64,000 nucleotides of DNA from positions 35,049 through 99,048 of the IMG/VR virus record IMGVR_UViG_3300021371_000004. One strand, given 5' to 3'. The notes under the pieces are model-generated. The model saw only the letters and a program-made list of their open reading frames with translations. It ran no database searches and was not told the DNA's origin. This document shows positions 40,090 through 49,713 of this stretch, piece by piece. The translations under genes and the position numbers were made by a program. The stretch comes from a virus. The number at the start of each line of letters is the position of its first letter. Position 1 is the stretch's first letter.

Positions 40090-41480
40090 ATAGTGGCACC
40101 CTTTGATGCTATCTTCGAAATACTCACAACAATCTCGTGTTTGGTGTCGATGAACACATTCCTACACTTATGTATCAAATACTTACCAGACAACTCTGAG
40201 TTGTAAGCACCTCCCGCATCTTCGTCTACATTAGAATTCAAGAAATCGATCATAACAGTATCTCCCACAGAGACACCCGAATTACCTTCCGCCATTGCTT
40301 GGAAAAATGTTATGCCAGGAATAACGATGTCAATCATATTTTTATTGAACATGCTTTTCACGGAATTAGAACGAACCTTATTCAATGCCTCAGAAGCGTC
40401 TTGCGCATCGTGGTAACTGTTTATTGAACCATATGTACCATAAGAAGTGAGGATACTGAAGTGCCTTGAGTTCCATTCGTGGGGAGACTTAGTTTCGCCC
40501 GCAAAGGTTAATTCTTGTTTATCATCGTACACATTTTGATTAGCATAATCTGGTATGACTTTGAGTCTTTCTAAATTTTCTATGTTATCTTTTATAGAAT
40601 AGTGTTTTGTAAACTCTTGACTCGTGTATGTGTCAACACTACCAAGTTCAGAACCAATCGCGCCTTCATGCATCATCTTCAACGTGTCTTGTATATTTTC
40701 TGCCACAATTGTTTTCACAGAAACGCCTTGGTATGATAGGTCTTTGCTCGCTACGCTCTGCGCTGATGCTGCAGAGTATGTGAGGGGCAGAAGTTCATTA
40801 AACGTTGGCGCGGTCATCATATATTCCAAACTACCGAAGCGGAGTTTGTCCCGACCTTCTGCCTGATCGAATATTGTTTGCCAAACATAAAATGGGGCAC
40901 CAATTCTCGTTGTTGCTCGATCAAGCAACCACTCAACAGACTCAAGGGGACTTATATATGGTATGAGAACCTTCACTGGTTCTTGTACGGAAGGAAACCC
41001 TCCGGTGTAAGAAATATCCACGTCAACGTCAAGGTGGTTTTTTAATATCGCTTCCGATATTAACTCAAGTTTTCCGGTGTATGACCTAGAGACCTTGGTA
41101 TTAGCATCCCTGTATGCATGAGGGGATATCAGGTTTATGTGATACACCTCAGAGCGATCCCCAACTTTGTTGGTTTGTACGATAGAAACGATACTCAACT
41201 CAAGGGTGAAACTTAGATTGCCGACAGAACTCTCTACGCTCGATATAGTGAACCTAATTTTTTCAGAACCGAGGATTTTTATTTCTTCGAACAACCCAAT
41301 ATCGTCCATGCAAACCAGTTGCGCAGTAACATAAGGTTTTTCTATGTCCTCAAAAAAAGACAACTCTTTGATGTAGTTGGTTATGTTATATTCTTCCTCT
41401 TCCGCAAATCTGTCGGCGAAGATAGAGGCTTCGTCGATCTTATACTCTTGCCCGAGGTTTTGTGTTTGTCTGCCCGTCAT
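40086..41480 (-). CDS. Baseplate hub protein (gp27-like)
   Basis: FFEDIEKPYVTA and terminal LSGKYLIHKCRNVF; lies between gp53 and gp5. Confidence 0.75.
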   Translation of the reverse strand: MTGRQTQNLGQEYKIDEASIFADRFAEEEEYNITNYIKELSFFEDIEKPYVTAQLVCMDDIGLFEEIKILGSEKIRFTISSVESSVGNLSFTLELSIVSIVQTNKVGDRSEVYHINLISPHAYRDANTKVSRSYTGKLELISEAILKNHLDVDVDISYTGGFPSVQEPVKVLIPYISPLESVEWLLDRATTRIGAPFYVWQTIFDQAEGRDKLRFGSLEYMMTAPTFNELLPLTYSAASAQSVASKDLSYQGVSVKTIVAENIQDTLKMMHEGAIGSELGSVDTYTSQEFTKHYSIKDNIENLERLKVIPDYANQNVYDDKQELTFAGETKSPHEWNSRHFSILTSYGTYGSINSYHDAQDASEALNKVRSNSVKSMFNKNMIDIVIPGITFFQAMAEGNSGVSVGDTVMIDFLNSNVDEDAGGAYNSELSGKYLIHKCRNVFIDTKHEIVVSISKIASKGATI

Positions 41481-42343
41481 TACAGTCTCTGCTTCAACAA
41501 TGCATTATAATCAGAAACCAGTTTTATGACATTTTCTGGGCGAATAATAGATATTGTTCGCATTTCGTCATTCAATTCGACCATTCTCTGGTAGTATGAT
41601 ACCGATTGAACGGTGTTGACGCTAGTCCAATCAACGGGGTATGGGGTGGTTGATTGGTAGGTGGGGTATACCCAGTCGCCGGAAGAATTCTCGTAGTGGT
41701 GTATTGCATCCCAACCATTATACACGCTCTGAATAAATGTTTGGTCGATAACCGCAGGGGTGTATGATGGGTCTGCAATCAAGGAAGATACTTCGGAAGC
41801 AGAAATGCTATTGACTACATCCCCCGTGGAATAACTGCCAGTTGTACCGACCGTTGTTATCGTTTCGCTGTCTAGGTGTAGGGCGAAGAGATTTTGGTCG
41901 ACCTTCAGTATTTTCGCAACAATGCCGCCTGCAGGTATGTGTATCCAAGAACCAACTTCGAAGTTGGGACTCGTGGAAATTGGTCTTGTTCCGAATCCTA
42001 CATCCAAAGAAACTCCGTTGGTGGTAATGACTTTGTTTGGATAATACTTCTGCGCCTTGGCATACAGTTCTGAATTATCCAGAGGCCAACCATTTATTCT
42101 CAGGTGTTCGTTGTTCAGAAACAGGGTCCAATAGTGGTCAGTCGTGCCATAAACCTCGTATGAGAGTTGGTCAGGTCTTTGGTTGTTTTGTATATAATAC
42201 GATTGATAGAAAACCTGTTCCTCCCTGATTTGGTCAAAGATGTCGATGTAAACAGACAGGTTTTGAAAATTTACCGGCAATTCTTGGTCGCCGAACCTGT
42301 AGGGAACTGACGGGAAGTTTTGGAAAAATTTAGTGCCTGACAT
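41480..42343 (-). CDS. gp53: Baseplate wedge protein
   Basis: FFQNFPSVPY, RPDQLSYEVYG...YWTLFL.N and HHYE motifs. Confidence 0.9.
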   Translation of the reverse strand: MSGTKFFQNFPSVPYRFGDQELPVNFQNLSVYIDIFDQIREEQVFYQSYYIQNNQRPDQLSYEVYGTTDHYWTLFLNNEHLRINGWPLDNSELYAKAQKYYPNKVITTNGVSLDVGFGTRPISTSPNFEVGSWIHIPAGGIVAKILKVDQNLFALHLDSETITTVGTTGSYSTGDVVNSISASEVSSLIADPSYTPAVIDQTFIQSVYNGWDAIHHYENSSGDWVYPTYQSTTPYPVDWTSVNTVQSVSYYQRMVELNDEMRTISIIRPENVIKLVSDYNALLKQRL

Positions 42344-43128
42344 TAGTATCCCTTCCCTATGCTTTCTCTATTCAAGGTCTTAGATTCTATAAAGGTCATC
42401 GCAATATCTATCTCAGAGTGGTACGGTTTACCGTCCTTTCCCCTAAAAAATGATTGCGCTGTAGTATTGTAGTTTGTGGTGAAAGAGTCTAGGTATGCTG
42501 GTTCTATCTTCTGTGCTGTAGACAATTCGCCATCATAAATTTGTTCTATCTTGAACCTGTTCGGGAACTTATAACCCAATTTCAGGGAAAGATCTCCAAC
42601 ATCGAAGGGTATCTCCTCGGGATATAACTCGGTACGAAATAACTTTATGATAGAAGCGATTAAATTTGCTTCATCTTCATTGACTGGTATCAGTTTAAAT
42701 TGGAACGCAAACGACCTCAGTCCAACCTGCTTGAACAGTGCCCTTGTGTTTGGATTCGGGGATGTTCTGGATCTTGCTCGCGCCGTGGTACCTGCTGTTT
42801 CGTTGAGTTTTGCTGTTACGCTGCTTATTACGGAATTCTGAACCTCTTTATTTTTAAGGGAGTCCGAAGGAAGGGCAAGGCTTTCGTCTTTATAATCTAC
42901 AAATCCTGCGCCAGCCGCGCCCAGTTCGGCGTTTTCATATTCAACTTTATCTGCATACTGAACGCCTTGGGGCAGGAACAGGTTTACCTGGCCACCTAAT
43001 GGAGTGTCGAACTCGTTGACCAATGTGAATCTCAACTGCCCCTTATATGACAAGGTGTCTTGCGGGAAGGTTAGGGTAGTCCCTCGCCTCTTCGCGGATA
43101 CTGTTATTTCTCCTAATTCTTCTGGCAT
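42343..43128 (-). CDS. gp48: Baseplate tail tube cap
   Basis: NPNTRALFKQVGLRSFAFQFKLIP and FPNRFKI motifs. Confidence 0.85.
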   Translation of the reverse strand: MPEELGEITVSAKRRGTTLTFPQDTLSYKGQLRFTLVNEFDTPLGGQVNLFLPQGVQYADKVEYENAELGAAGAGFVDYKDESLALPSDSLKNKEVQNSVISSVTAKLNETAGTTARARSRTSPNPNTRALFKQVGLRSFAFQFKLIPVNEDEANLIASIIKLFRTELYPEEIPFDVGDLSLKLGYKFPNRFKIEQIYDGELSTAQKIEPAYLDSFTTNYNTTAQSFFRGKDGKPYHSEIDIAMTFIESKTLNRESIGKGY

Positions 43129-43160
43129 GCCTTTGACCTAAATATGTTTATCTTTGACTC

Positions 43161-43168
43161 TATTTATA
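43161..43168 (-). promoter_or_regulatory. Late promoter for the gp48-gp53-hub operon
   Basis: Exact TATAAATA. Confidence 0.8.
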
Positions 43169-43172
43169 CTCC

Positions 43173-43679
43173 ATGAACAAGACTTATAAAGGCAAATACA
43201 AAGTCAAGAACCCCAGCAAGTACAAGGGTGACACATCAAACGTGGTCTACAGAAGCAGTTGGGAAAGAGATGTTATGTCCTACCTTGACGACCACGCTAG
43301 TGTCTCCGAGTGGAATAGCGAAGACTTCATAATAAAATACTTCTATGATGTAGATAAAAAATATCACAACTACCACATGGACTTCTGGATAAAGTTCACT
43401 AATGGAACTGTTCTCCTGGTCGAAGTTAAACCCGAGAAACAAACAAGACCACCAAAGTCAAAGAACCCTCGTTCGAAGCGAGGTCTGAATGAAGCATTTG
43501 CTTATATCAAGAACCGCAACAAGTGGGAAGCAGCAGAGAAGGTAGCGAAAGATAACGGTTATGGTTTCGTTATCTGGACCGAGATTGAGTTGACCGAGAT
43601 GGGAATACTCAAGAAGTCTCCAGGGAAAATCAAGAAACTAAAACCGCATCCACCATTCAAAAAGAAAAAGAAAACCTAA
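43173..43679 (+). CDS. gp4: Head completion nuclease
   Basis: NPSKYKGD..NVVYRSSWE, VEVKPEKQT and KWEAA motifs; the only clear plus-strand gene. Confidence 0.94.
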   Translation: MNKTYKGKYKVKNPSKYKGDTSNVVYRSSWERDVMSYLDDHASVSEWNSEDFIIKYFYDVDKKYHNYHMDFWIKFTNGTVLLVEVKPEKQTRPPKSKNPRSKRGLNEAFAYIKNRNKWEAAEKVAKDNGYGFVIWTEIELTEMGILKKSPGKIKKLKPHPPFKKKKKT

Positions 43680-45502
43680 CGCCGCCCAGTTCGAGACGAA
43701 GTCCGGTCACTCTTATCAACAGCAGAAGGTGCACCAGAGTTCACAGTTGTATTATTCGAAACATTGCTTGTCGATGGTGCGTTGATGGCGACCGTTCCTC
43801 CCGAGTTACCTTGTGCGAGTCTCGCGTTACCGTCATTCATCTTGGTCGTTCCGGTCGCCATTTGCTGTGATGCCATGGCAGCATTTCCGAATCCAGAAAT
43901 AGGCGATGCTGCGAAGTCATTATATGTTATAATTTCTCCGCTGGTAGGATCCATTTGGTTGGAGTGTTGCGCCATGGGCATCCCAGTTGCGGGGTCACGA
44001 CCGATAGCGGTTTTGATTGTACCCGTCTTTGCTCTGCGTCTAGGGTTAGATGGAGTCTGATTGGACTCCCTAACCGCAGCAGCTGCTGCTTCTGCGGGAG
44101 ACATATCTGGGTGCACCCTGTGGAGCAGTTCTAGTTCATGGGCGGTCAGAGGTGGTGGTTCATATAGCGGATCGTCTGGGTGTCTGGTATCACCTGCGGG
44201 TGCATACACGCCAGTTTGGGTAATTTTTTGGTATTGCGTTTTGACTGTTCGCATATCTTCATCAGAAAGATCGTCGTCTTCGATTATTGCCTGCAGTTGT
44301 TCTGCTGTGGCAGTTTCCAATCCTTCCTCATTCAAGCTGCTGTTTACACGAGGCAGCCAGGTTTTATCATACAGATTACTCTTCTTCGCCTGTTCCATTC
44401 CGCTCAATTCTGTAAGATCTTCTTCAGATAACTCTTTGATCTTTGCCTTACCTAGGATGTCATCTATTCCGAACAAAGAAAATGCGCCAGTAATCAATCC
44501 CCGAATGAGGTCTTCAATACCGTCGACAATTTTAGCAAACAACTCTGTGAAACTAAAACTATCGAGTAGTGTCTCAACCTGATCAAACCCCATCTTTCCT
44601 GCCAACCAAGAGATGGCACTCTTCACCAGATCCATAGGAATTGTGATGATTTTACCGATACCTTTGATTGCGCCCGCCATTCCGGCAATGATTTTCGAAA
44701 AGAGGTTTCCGCTGTCGTTCATGAATCCATCAATTGCGCCGGTAATGGTATCCCATGCGACAAGAAACACTCCTAGGAAAGGCACAAATCTACCCAGTCC
44801 CTTCCCTATTTGGAAAAATATCTTAAAGAACGTTTGTGCAAATTCGAAAATGGTACCAAACAAGCTGGTGACCAGTTTTAATGGAGCGAATATTCCCTTA
44901 GAACTACTTTTTATCGACTCTATAAATGGAGAGATTGATTTTCCGAGGTTTTTGAATTCATCGAGTACTGTACCTAACTTCTTAATAAACTTATTCTTTG
45001 TGAATGCCTGTTTGATGGATTTAGCGATTTTCGAGACTTGCTTTCCGATCATTTCTGGCACTGCTTTTATAGTATTTGCTATGGCACCAAAGTAGGATTT
45101 TACAGAGTTTCTGAGTTGGGATGCAAGTTTTTTTACGTTCTCGGGCATAAACTTTGCTATGACCGTGGCAATCGAAGCAGATACTCCGGCGATAACACCC
45201 GCTGCAAGTCCCGACAGAGCACCGAGCAACATACCAGACATCTTTGCTGGGTCGTCTACCACCAAATCGGGGTCATCTATAACTATATCCTTTTTTGCCC
45301 CACTAGATTTTCCTAATTGAGGTGTTGTCCGACTCGCCAATAAAGCGTTCTTCTTCGCTTCATCGAACATAGCGTTTAGCGTATAGTTTATGCGACCCAA
45401 TTCCTGTAGAATATCATATAGAATGCTACTCTGGTCTTGTTCTATAGCAACAAGTTCATTAGAGATCTGTAGTTCTTCTACGATGGCAGTTAATGTCGAC
45501 AT
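43676..45502 (-). CDS. Tape-measure-like baseplate hub protein (gp29-like)
   Basis: 608 aa with amphipathic helical/Gly-rich stretches and a low-complexity C-terminus; lies after gp51. Confidence 0.7.
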   Translation of the reverse strand: MSTLTAIVEELQISNELVAIEQDQSSILYDILQELGRINYTLNAMFDEAKKNALLASRTTPQLGKSSGAKKDIVIDDPDLVVDDPAKMSGMLLGALSGLAAGVIAGVSASIATVIAKFMPENVKKLASQLRNSVKSYFGAIANTIKAVPEMIGKQVSKIAKSIKQAFTKNKFIKKLGTVLDEFKNLGKSISPFIESIKSSSKGIFAPLKLVTSLFGTIFEFAQTFFKIFFQIGKGLGRFVPFLGVFLVAWDTITGAIDGFMNDSGNLFSKIIAGMAGAIKGIGKIITIPMDLVKSAISWLAGKMGFDQVETLLDSFSFTELFAKIVDGIEDLIRGLITGAFSLFGIDDILGKAKIKELSEEDLTELSGMEQAKKSNLYDKTWLPRVNSSLNEEGLETATAEQLQAIIEDDDLSDEDMRTVKTQYQKITQTGVYAPAGDTRHPDDPLYEPPPLTAHELELLHRVHPDMSPAEAAAAAVRESNQTPSNPRRRAKTGTIKTAIGRDPATGMPMAQHSNQMDPTSGEIITYNDFAASPISGFGNAAMASQQMATGTTKMNDGNARLAQGNSGGTVAINAPSTSNVSNNTTVNSGAPSAVDKSDRTSSRTGRR

Positions 45503-45527
45503 ATTATTATCCTATGCTGTCGGAGTC

Positions 45528-45535
45528 TATTTATA
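45528..45535 (-). promoter_or_regulatory. Late promoter
   Basis: Exact TATAAATA. Confidence 0.8.
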
Positions 45536-45727
45536 CTACCGCATGGCATTTCTTTGTTCGATCTTTTCGTTTTCTTCTTTGATGTATTCTATAAGAAGTG
45601 CAACATAGACTGCCCTCTCCCAAGGTAACATATTATCCAACTCCGTTAAACTATAGTTATGATGCTGCATCAAAGAGAAGTTGGTCTTGTAATGGTTTAC
45701 AAGGTTATCATGGGACAGGGTTACTAG
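45536..45727 (-). CDS. gp51: gp51-like baseplate hub assembly protein (in -1 frame of gp26; not in ORF track)
   Basis: LVTLSHDNLVNHYKTNFSLMQHHNYSLTELDNMLPWERAVYVALL...; first ATG only at 45670. Confidence 0.85.
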   Translation of the reverse strand, partial: LVTLSHDNLVNHYKTNFSLMQHHNYSLTELDNMLPWERAVYVALLIEYIKEENEKIEQRNAMR

Positions 45728-46434
45728 AAAAAATCAGATAACCCTTTCAGTTGCAGAGAATTCTCTGCACCGCATTCTTTGCAGTTGAATTTAATATCTT
45801 GTTTTAAGGCGGGGACATTTTCCAGAAATTTCGTCAAACCAGATAACTGATCAGCGGTCATAGATTCTACGAATTCTAGAAGTTCCTCTTTGGTTTGACT
45901 CGCGGCATCGATACGTTCTTCTGTTGTCATTACAGATGCTATGCAAGCGACAATGGTTTCCAATGCAGCACCCATGTCTCCCTCATCCGCGGAATGCATG
46001 CCGGAAAGTGAATCATATGTCGGGTACTTCATCTCGACAGATATAGTATCGGTCAACTGCACAATATTCGAACCCTTCGGTACATCAACATTCAGGGAGT
46101 CGAGGTCAACGGTGTATTCGTTTTGCTCTTCGCAGGAATTACATTTGATGAGAATAGTAGAAGTTTCGCCGACAGACTTTGCCCGAACCTGAGTAAACAG
46201 GTACTCAATATCAAAGGTGGCGAGTTTTTCCACAGAGATGTTTGACTTCGGGTCTATGCACGCATTCAGGGTGTCGCTCATAGCAGACAAACACATTTGC
46301 ATGTCTTTGGACTCAAACGCCTGTAGCAGAATCTTTTCTTCTTTGACCAGGTATGGTCGGTATTTGACGCGCTGTCCCGTTGAAGGGATTGTCACAGAAA
46401 AATTTAGGGTTTCGTTAATCTTGGGTAATGCCAT
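45724..46434 (-). CDS. gp26: Baseplate hub assembly chaperone
   Basis: MALPKI, YRPYLVKEEKILL, FDIEYLF..RAKSVGE, two CxxC pairs, ends GLSDFF. Confidence 0.9.
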   Translation of the reverse strand: MALPKINETLNFSVTIPSTGQRVKYRPYLVKEEKILLQAFESKDMQMCLSAMSDTLNACIDPKSNISVEKLATFDIEYLFTQVRAKSVGETSTILIKCNSCEEQNEYTVDLDSLNVDVPKGSNIVQLTDTISVEMKYPTYDSLSGMHSADEGDMGAALETIVACIASVMTTEERIDAASQTKEELLEFVESMTADQLSGLTKFLENVPALKQDIKFNCKECGAENSLQLKGLSDFF

Positions 46435-46454
46435 TATAATAGACTCCAGTTCAA

Positions 46455-47036
46455 TTATTTAATAAGGTAGTTCGAGTATGTCAATGATACTGTAAACTCT
46501 AGCGCAGCAGTCTGTGCTTGGTTATTTAGGTCGATCTCTGCCAAGGATGTTGGGTATGCTTTCACCAACTCTGCAGCATACGCAATATTGCCCAACTTAT
46601 CAAGTTGGTGTATTGTAACGCTCTTTGCATAGTTGCCGTGAAATCCTGCCGTGAATGGTGGCGTGGGCGATATGATACAATCCATCCACTCTTGGAAGTA
46701 TTTTCTTGCAGTGTATCTATTAGTCAGGTAGAAAGTCAAGTTAATATCACCAAGGGCATAACCATTGGCGACTTTGATTTGTTCCATGCCGATATTCCTA
46801 TCAGCAACAGAAAGGTTCTTCCCAGGGATTCTAGCAGAGGTGCAAAGATCTGTTAATTCACTTCTCCCCAATGTGTCTTCTGCTCTCGACCCATCTGGTT
46901 TTTGGGTGCCAGCAAGGTTCGGGAGCAGGACGCGATAACGGTTGCTTGATGCAATTCCGCCTTGATCCTCTATAAGACTCCGCAGGTTATTTGTGCTGAA
47001 CCTTCTGTAATCGTTTGGACCGTAGTCTATGCTCAT
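46455..47036 (-). CDS. Tail-tube-like baseplate protein (gp54-like)
   Basis: GGIASSNRY, CTSARIPG, FQEWMD and AYP motifs of the gp19/gp54 fold. Confidence 0.75.
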   Translation of the reverse strand: MSIDYGPNDYRRFSTNNLRSLIEDQGGIASSNRYRVLLPNLAGTQKPDGSRAEDTLGRSELTDLCTSARIPGKNLSVADRNIGMEQIKVANGYALGDINLTFYLTNRYTARKYFQEWMDCIISPTPPFTAGFHGNYAKSVTIHQLDKLGNIAYAAELVKAYPTSLAEIDLNNQAQTAALEFTVSLTYSNYLIK

Positions 47037-47632
47037 AGCGGTTTCCTTGCTTGTATCCGCGTTTCTTTATGTACCTTAGTCTCGGTCGCCTTTCTGAAGT
47101 ATGCTGTCGGTAGGTGCACAGCAACCTCCCATTCATTCCCAGGGACGTTAGCAACCTTGCCCACTATCTGCGAGTAGAGGTATCTCTTGACGCAGGGACG
47201 GTGTTCACGGAGAAAGGTTTTGCCAAGCAGGTATTCGTAGTCTATTTTGAGTCTCGTTGTTCTGTCGAACTTTGTGTTGCTTACTCTTCGAAGCAGATTG
47301 TAATACAGTTTCTGCCTCAGGTCTATTGGTAGATAGTGCAGGTTCAAACCCAAGAAACCCTTCTTGTATCTATCTAGTATGATGACAAGTGGAAACCTGT
47401 CATAGTATTTCATGTCTAAGATGTTGAGTGGTTTATAGAAGAACATATACATCCTTCCGATAAAATATGTTCCCGTGACGGGCAACTGGGATTTTGTTCT
47501 GTTCCTATTGACAGTCAGTCCGCCAATCTCGTCCATCTTGTCGAAGAACCAATCGCGGGATGCCTTTGTGTTGGCGTCAAGACCCTCTGCCTCGAGTTGA
47601 TCTTTGTATACTTTGAATAGGTTCTCGTCCAT
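47033..47632 (-). CDS. gp2: DNA end protector protein
   Basis: GRMYMFFY, YYDRFPL, GLNLHYLP and KRYL motifs; true start MDENLF at 47632. Confidence 0.93.
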   Translation of the reverse strand: MDENLFKVYKDQLEAEGLDANTKASRDWFFDKMDEIGGLTVNRNRTKSQLPVTGTYFIGRMYMFFYKPLNILDMKYYDRFPLVIILDRYKKGFLGLNLHYLPIDLRQKLYYNLLRRVSNTKFDRTTRLKIDYEYLLGKTFLREHRPCVKRYLYSQIVGKVANVPGNEWEVAVHLPTAYFRKATETKVHKETRIQARKPL

Positions 47633-47637
47633 ATGTT

Positions 47638-47645
47638 TATTTATA
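47638..47645 (-). promoter_or_regulatory. Late promoter for gp2
   Basis: Exact TATAAATA 5 nt before the ATG. Confidence 0.8.
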
Positions 47646-47671
47646 CAGCGACGAGGATGTTTTTCGAGAAT

Positions 47672-47696
47672 AAAAAAAGCACCCCGCAGGGTGCTT
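47672..47696 (-). terminator. Intrinsic terminator after gp32
   Basis: AAGCACCC-TGCG-GGGTGCTT followed by a T run. Confidence 0.9.
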
Positions 47697-47717
47697 AAAG
47701 TTTGAACCCATCGGGGT

Positions 47718-48638
47718 TTAGTCGTCAGCGTTTGCCAACTTCTGGAAGTAGGAGAACGCATCCTCGTCACCGCCATCCCCTGCTTCCTCAGCAGTTGCAG
47801 CAGCAGCACTGACAGCAACCTCGGGAGCGGGAGCAGCGGGAGCAGCAGGTGCTTCCTCTACCTTGATGTCCGCAGCAACTTCACTGGCGATAGTCGAGGG
47901 AGCAGAAACGCCCAGAACTTCCGACAGTTTTGCTTGCAGCGCATCATACGACTTGTAGTTTGCTGGATCAACAAACTGGTTAATGTCGTGGAGTCCGTTC
48001 AAGACGGTCTGCAGTTTAGTCTCGTCTCCGTCAAGCAACTGCGAGGGTTGCTTAAACTCAGAACGGTCATAGTTGCGATAACCTTCGACCTGACGAATCT
48101 TCAACTGGAAGTCGGCACCTTCCCACAGGTTGAACGGGTCAACAGGAGTTTCTCCAGGGAACTGGGGAGACATCATGTCGTTAATCTTATCAAAGATCTT
48201 CTTACCGAACTGGTACATGAATACCTTGCCTTCGTTTTCGGGGGCAGAAGGGTCAGAGATGACCAAGATGTTGCAGACGTAGTGAAGTCGACGCTTCTGC
48301 TTACGAACTGTCTCTCGGTCTTCCTCGTTACCGGAGTTCCACAACTTGGTGTTGTGCTCGCCCAGAGGGTCTTGTTCACCGAGGGAGGTCAGAGACTTCT
48401 CGATGTACCACTTTCCGGTTGGACCTTTGAAACCGTGGTCCCAGTATCGAACCCAAGGCACTTCGCTTTCGGAGGGGAGAAAACGGATAACAGCATAACC
48501 ATTCTGTGCTTTGTCCACAGTAGGTTTCCAGATATCGGGGTTGTCTCGGTTAGTTTTTTCGCCACCACCCGCTTCTTGCGCGGCAGTAACCAGTTTGCTG
48601 ATGTCAGAACGACGTGATTTTAATTGTGATAAATCCAT
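47718..48638 (-). CDS. gp32: Single-stranded DNA-binding protein
   Basis: NGYAVIRFLP, HGFKGPTGKWYIE, FGKKIFDKI and an acidic tail. Confidence 0.96.
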   Translation of the reverse strand: MDLSQLKSRRSDISKLVTAAQEAGGGEKTNRDNPDIWKPTVDKAQNGYAVIRFLPSESEVPWVRYWDHGFKGPTGKWYIEKSLTSLGEQDPLGEHNTKLWNSGNEEDRETVRKQKRRLHYVCNILVISDPSAPENEGKVFMYQFGKKIFDKINDMMSPQFPGETPVDPFNLWEGADFQLKIRQVEGYRNYDRSEFKQPSQLLDGDETKLQTVLNGLHDINQFVDPANYKSYDALQAKLSEVLGVSAPSTIASEVAADIKVEEAPAAPAAPAPEVAVSAAAATAEEAGDGGDEDAFSYFQKLANADD

Positions 48639-48699
48639 GTTTGTTTCCTTGTATAACTGAAGTATTAAAAGTTTATATGGCAGTATGCGCCATTAGTAT

Positions 48700-48728
48700 A
48701 TAGTACAGCAATGGGATTGAGATGTCAA
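48700..48728 (-). promoter_or_regulatory. Sigma70-type promoter upstream of gp32
   Basis: TTGACA-17 nt-TACTAT. Confidence 0.8.
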
Positions 48729-48735
48729 CAACTGC

Positions 48736-48978
48736 CTATTCAACAGGCAGTTGTGCAGACTTCTCGAGGAAATTGAGACTCATCGCCTCTGCTTCCAACT
48801 TGGATTTAACCACAGTCGAAACATACTTCTTGGCGTCCTCGAGTTCTATCTTATTTTCTTCGCAACAATACAGAACAGCATCCATGTAGGACAGTCGGTG
48901 TTGTTGTACTGCGGACTCAACAAGTTTGCTGAACTTGGACTTGGTGAGGAATTCGAGTTGGTTCGGTTCGTCACTCAT
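48736..48978 (-). CDS. gp33: Late transcription coactivator
   Basis: FSKLVE..V...SYMDAV..CEEN.IE and KLEAEAMSLNFL; start at 48978 after GGAGG. Confidence 0.88.
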   Translation of the reverse strand: MSDEPNQLEFLTKSKFSKLVESAVQQHRLSYMDAVLYCCEENKIELEDAKKYVSTVVKSKLEAEAMSLNFLEKSAQLPVE

Positions 48979-49141
48979 CGGGGGTCTCCTCCGGAACGTC
49001 AACACGGATAATTCGAGTATTCTGCTCGAGTTCATCCATAAGAGTTCTTACTTCCCCATATGGTCTTTCTCTGAGATAGGTAATAATCCAATCGAATGTT
49101 GCGCGGGATAACCCTACCAGTTCCTCTCGTTCTTCTGTCAT
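48971..49141 (-). CDS. Hypothetical 56-aa protein (not in ORF track)
   Basis: MTEEREELVGLSRATFDWIITYLRERPYGEV...; ATGA-coupled, GGAG RBS. Confidence 0.65.
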   Translation of the reverse strand: MTEEREELVGLSRATFDWIITYLRERPYGEVRTLMDELEQNTRIIRVDVPEETPDE

Positions 49142-49713
49142 GCATACTCCTTTGCGAGTTCATGGGTCCAAACTTCATCGATATCCGAATAGTAAGTTCC
49201 GATGGTTCTCTTAATTGTACCGTCTGGGTTCTTTGCGGGAACCAAACAGATGGTGTTCATAACCCCTTCTCGGTCTGCACCATATTTGTGGTCCAGATAA
49301 ACACCGTCTTTGATGTAAGTAGAAAGGTTCTTAACATACGCCTGTGCGATCTGGTATTCTGCTCGCGCAGCAGACTCTTTCGAATCCTTTTGGTGACGCA
49401 TTGCGCGCAACTTATCTCTCCAGTCCTTCAAGATTTGCTTGGTCTTCGCATAATTCAAAGGGTGGGAGTCGTCAAGGACAGCAACGTCAGGGTGGCAGTT
49501 TGGTGCCTTGCCTTCGTTCTTCTTCGCTCTTGCTGCTGCCAAACGTTCAACCGCTGCTGCTTTCTGCTCAGGAGACATCGGTTTACGAGTTCGCTTGACC
49601 TTGGTCTTCTCCCGAGGGGCAACGCCCATTTCTTCGAGCATCGCGTTTTTCTTTTCTTCTTTCTTTCGTGCGCGTTTTTGCGCGGGGGTCAGAAGGTGAT
49701 CTAAATCACTCAT
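49138..49713 (-). CDS. Hypothetical basic protein
   Basis: 191-aa ORF coupled on both sides. Confidence 0.75.
   Translation of the reverse strand: MSDLDHLLTPAQKRARKKEEKKNAMLEEMGVAPREKTKVKRTRKPMSPEQKAAAVERLAAARAKKNEGKAPNCHPDVAVLDDSHPLNYAKTKQILKDWRDKLRAMRHQKDSKESAARAEYQIAQAYVKNLSTYIKDGVYLDHKYGADREGVMNTICLVPAKNPDGTIKRTIGTYYSDIDEVWTHELAKEYA

Noticed and set aside
47633-47818. N-terminal extension of gp2 in the ORF track
   Set aside because: It overlaps the gp32 end and its terminator; the late promoter defines the start at 47632.
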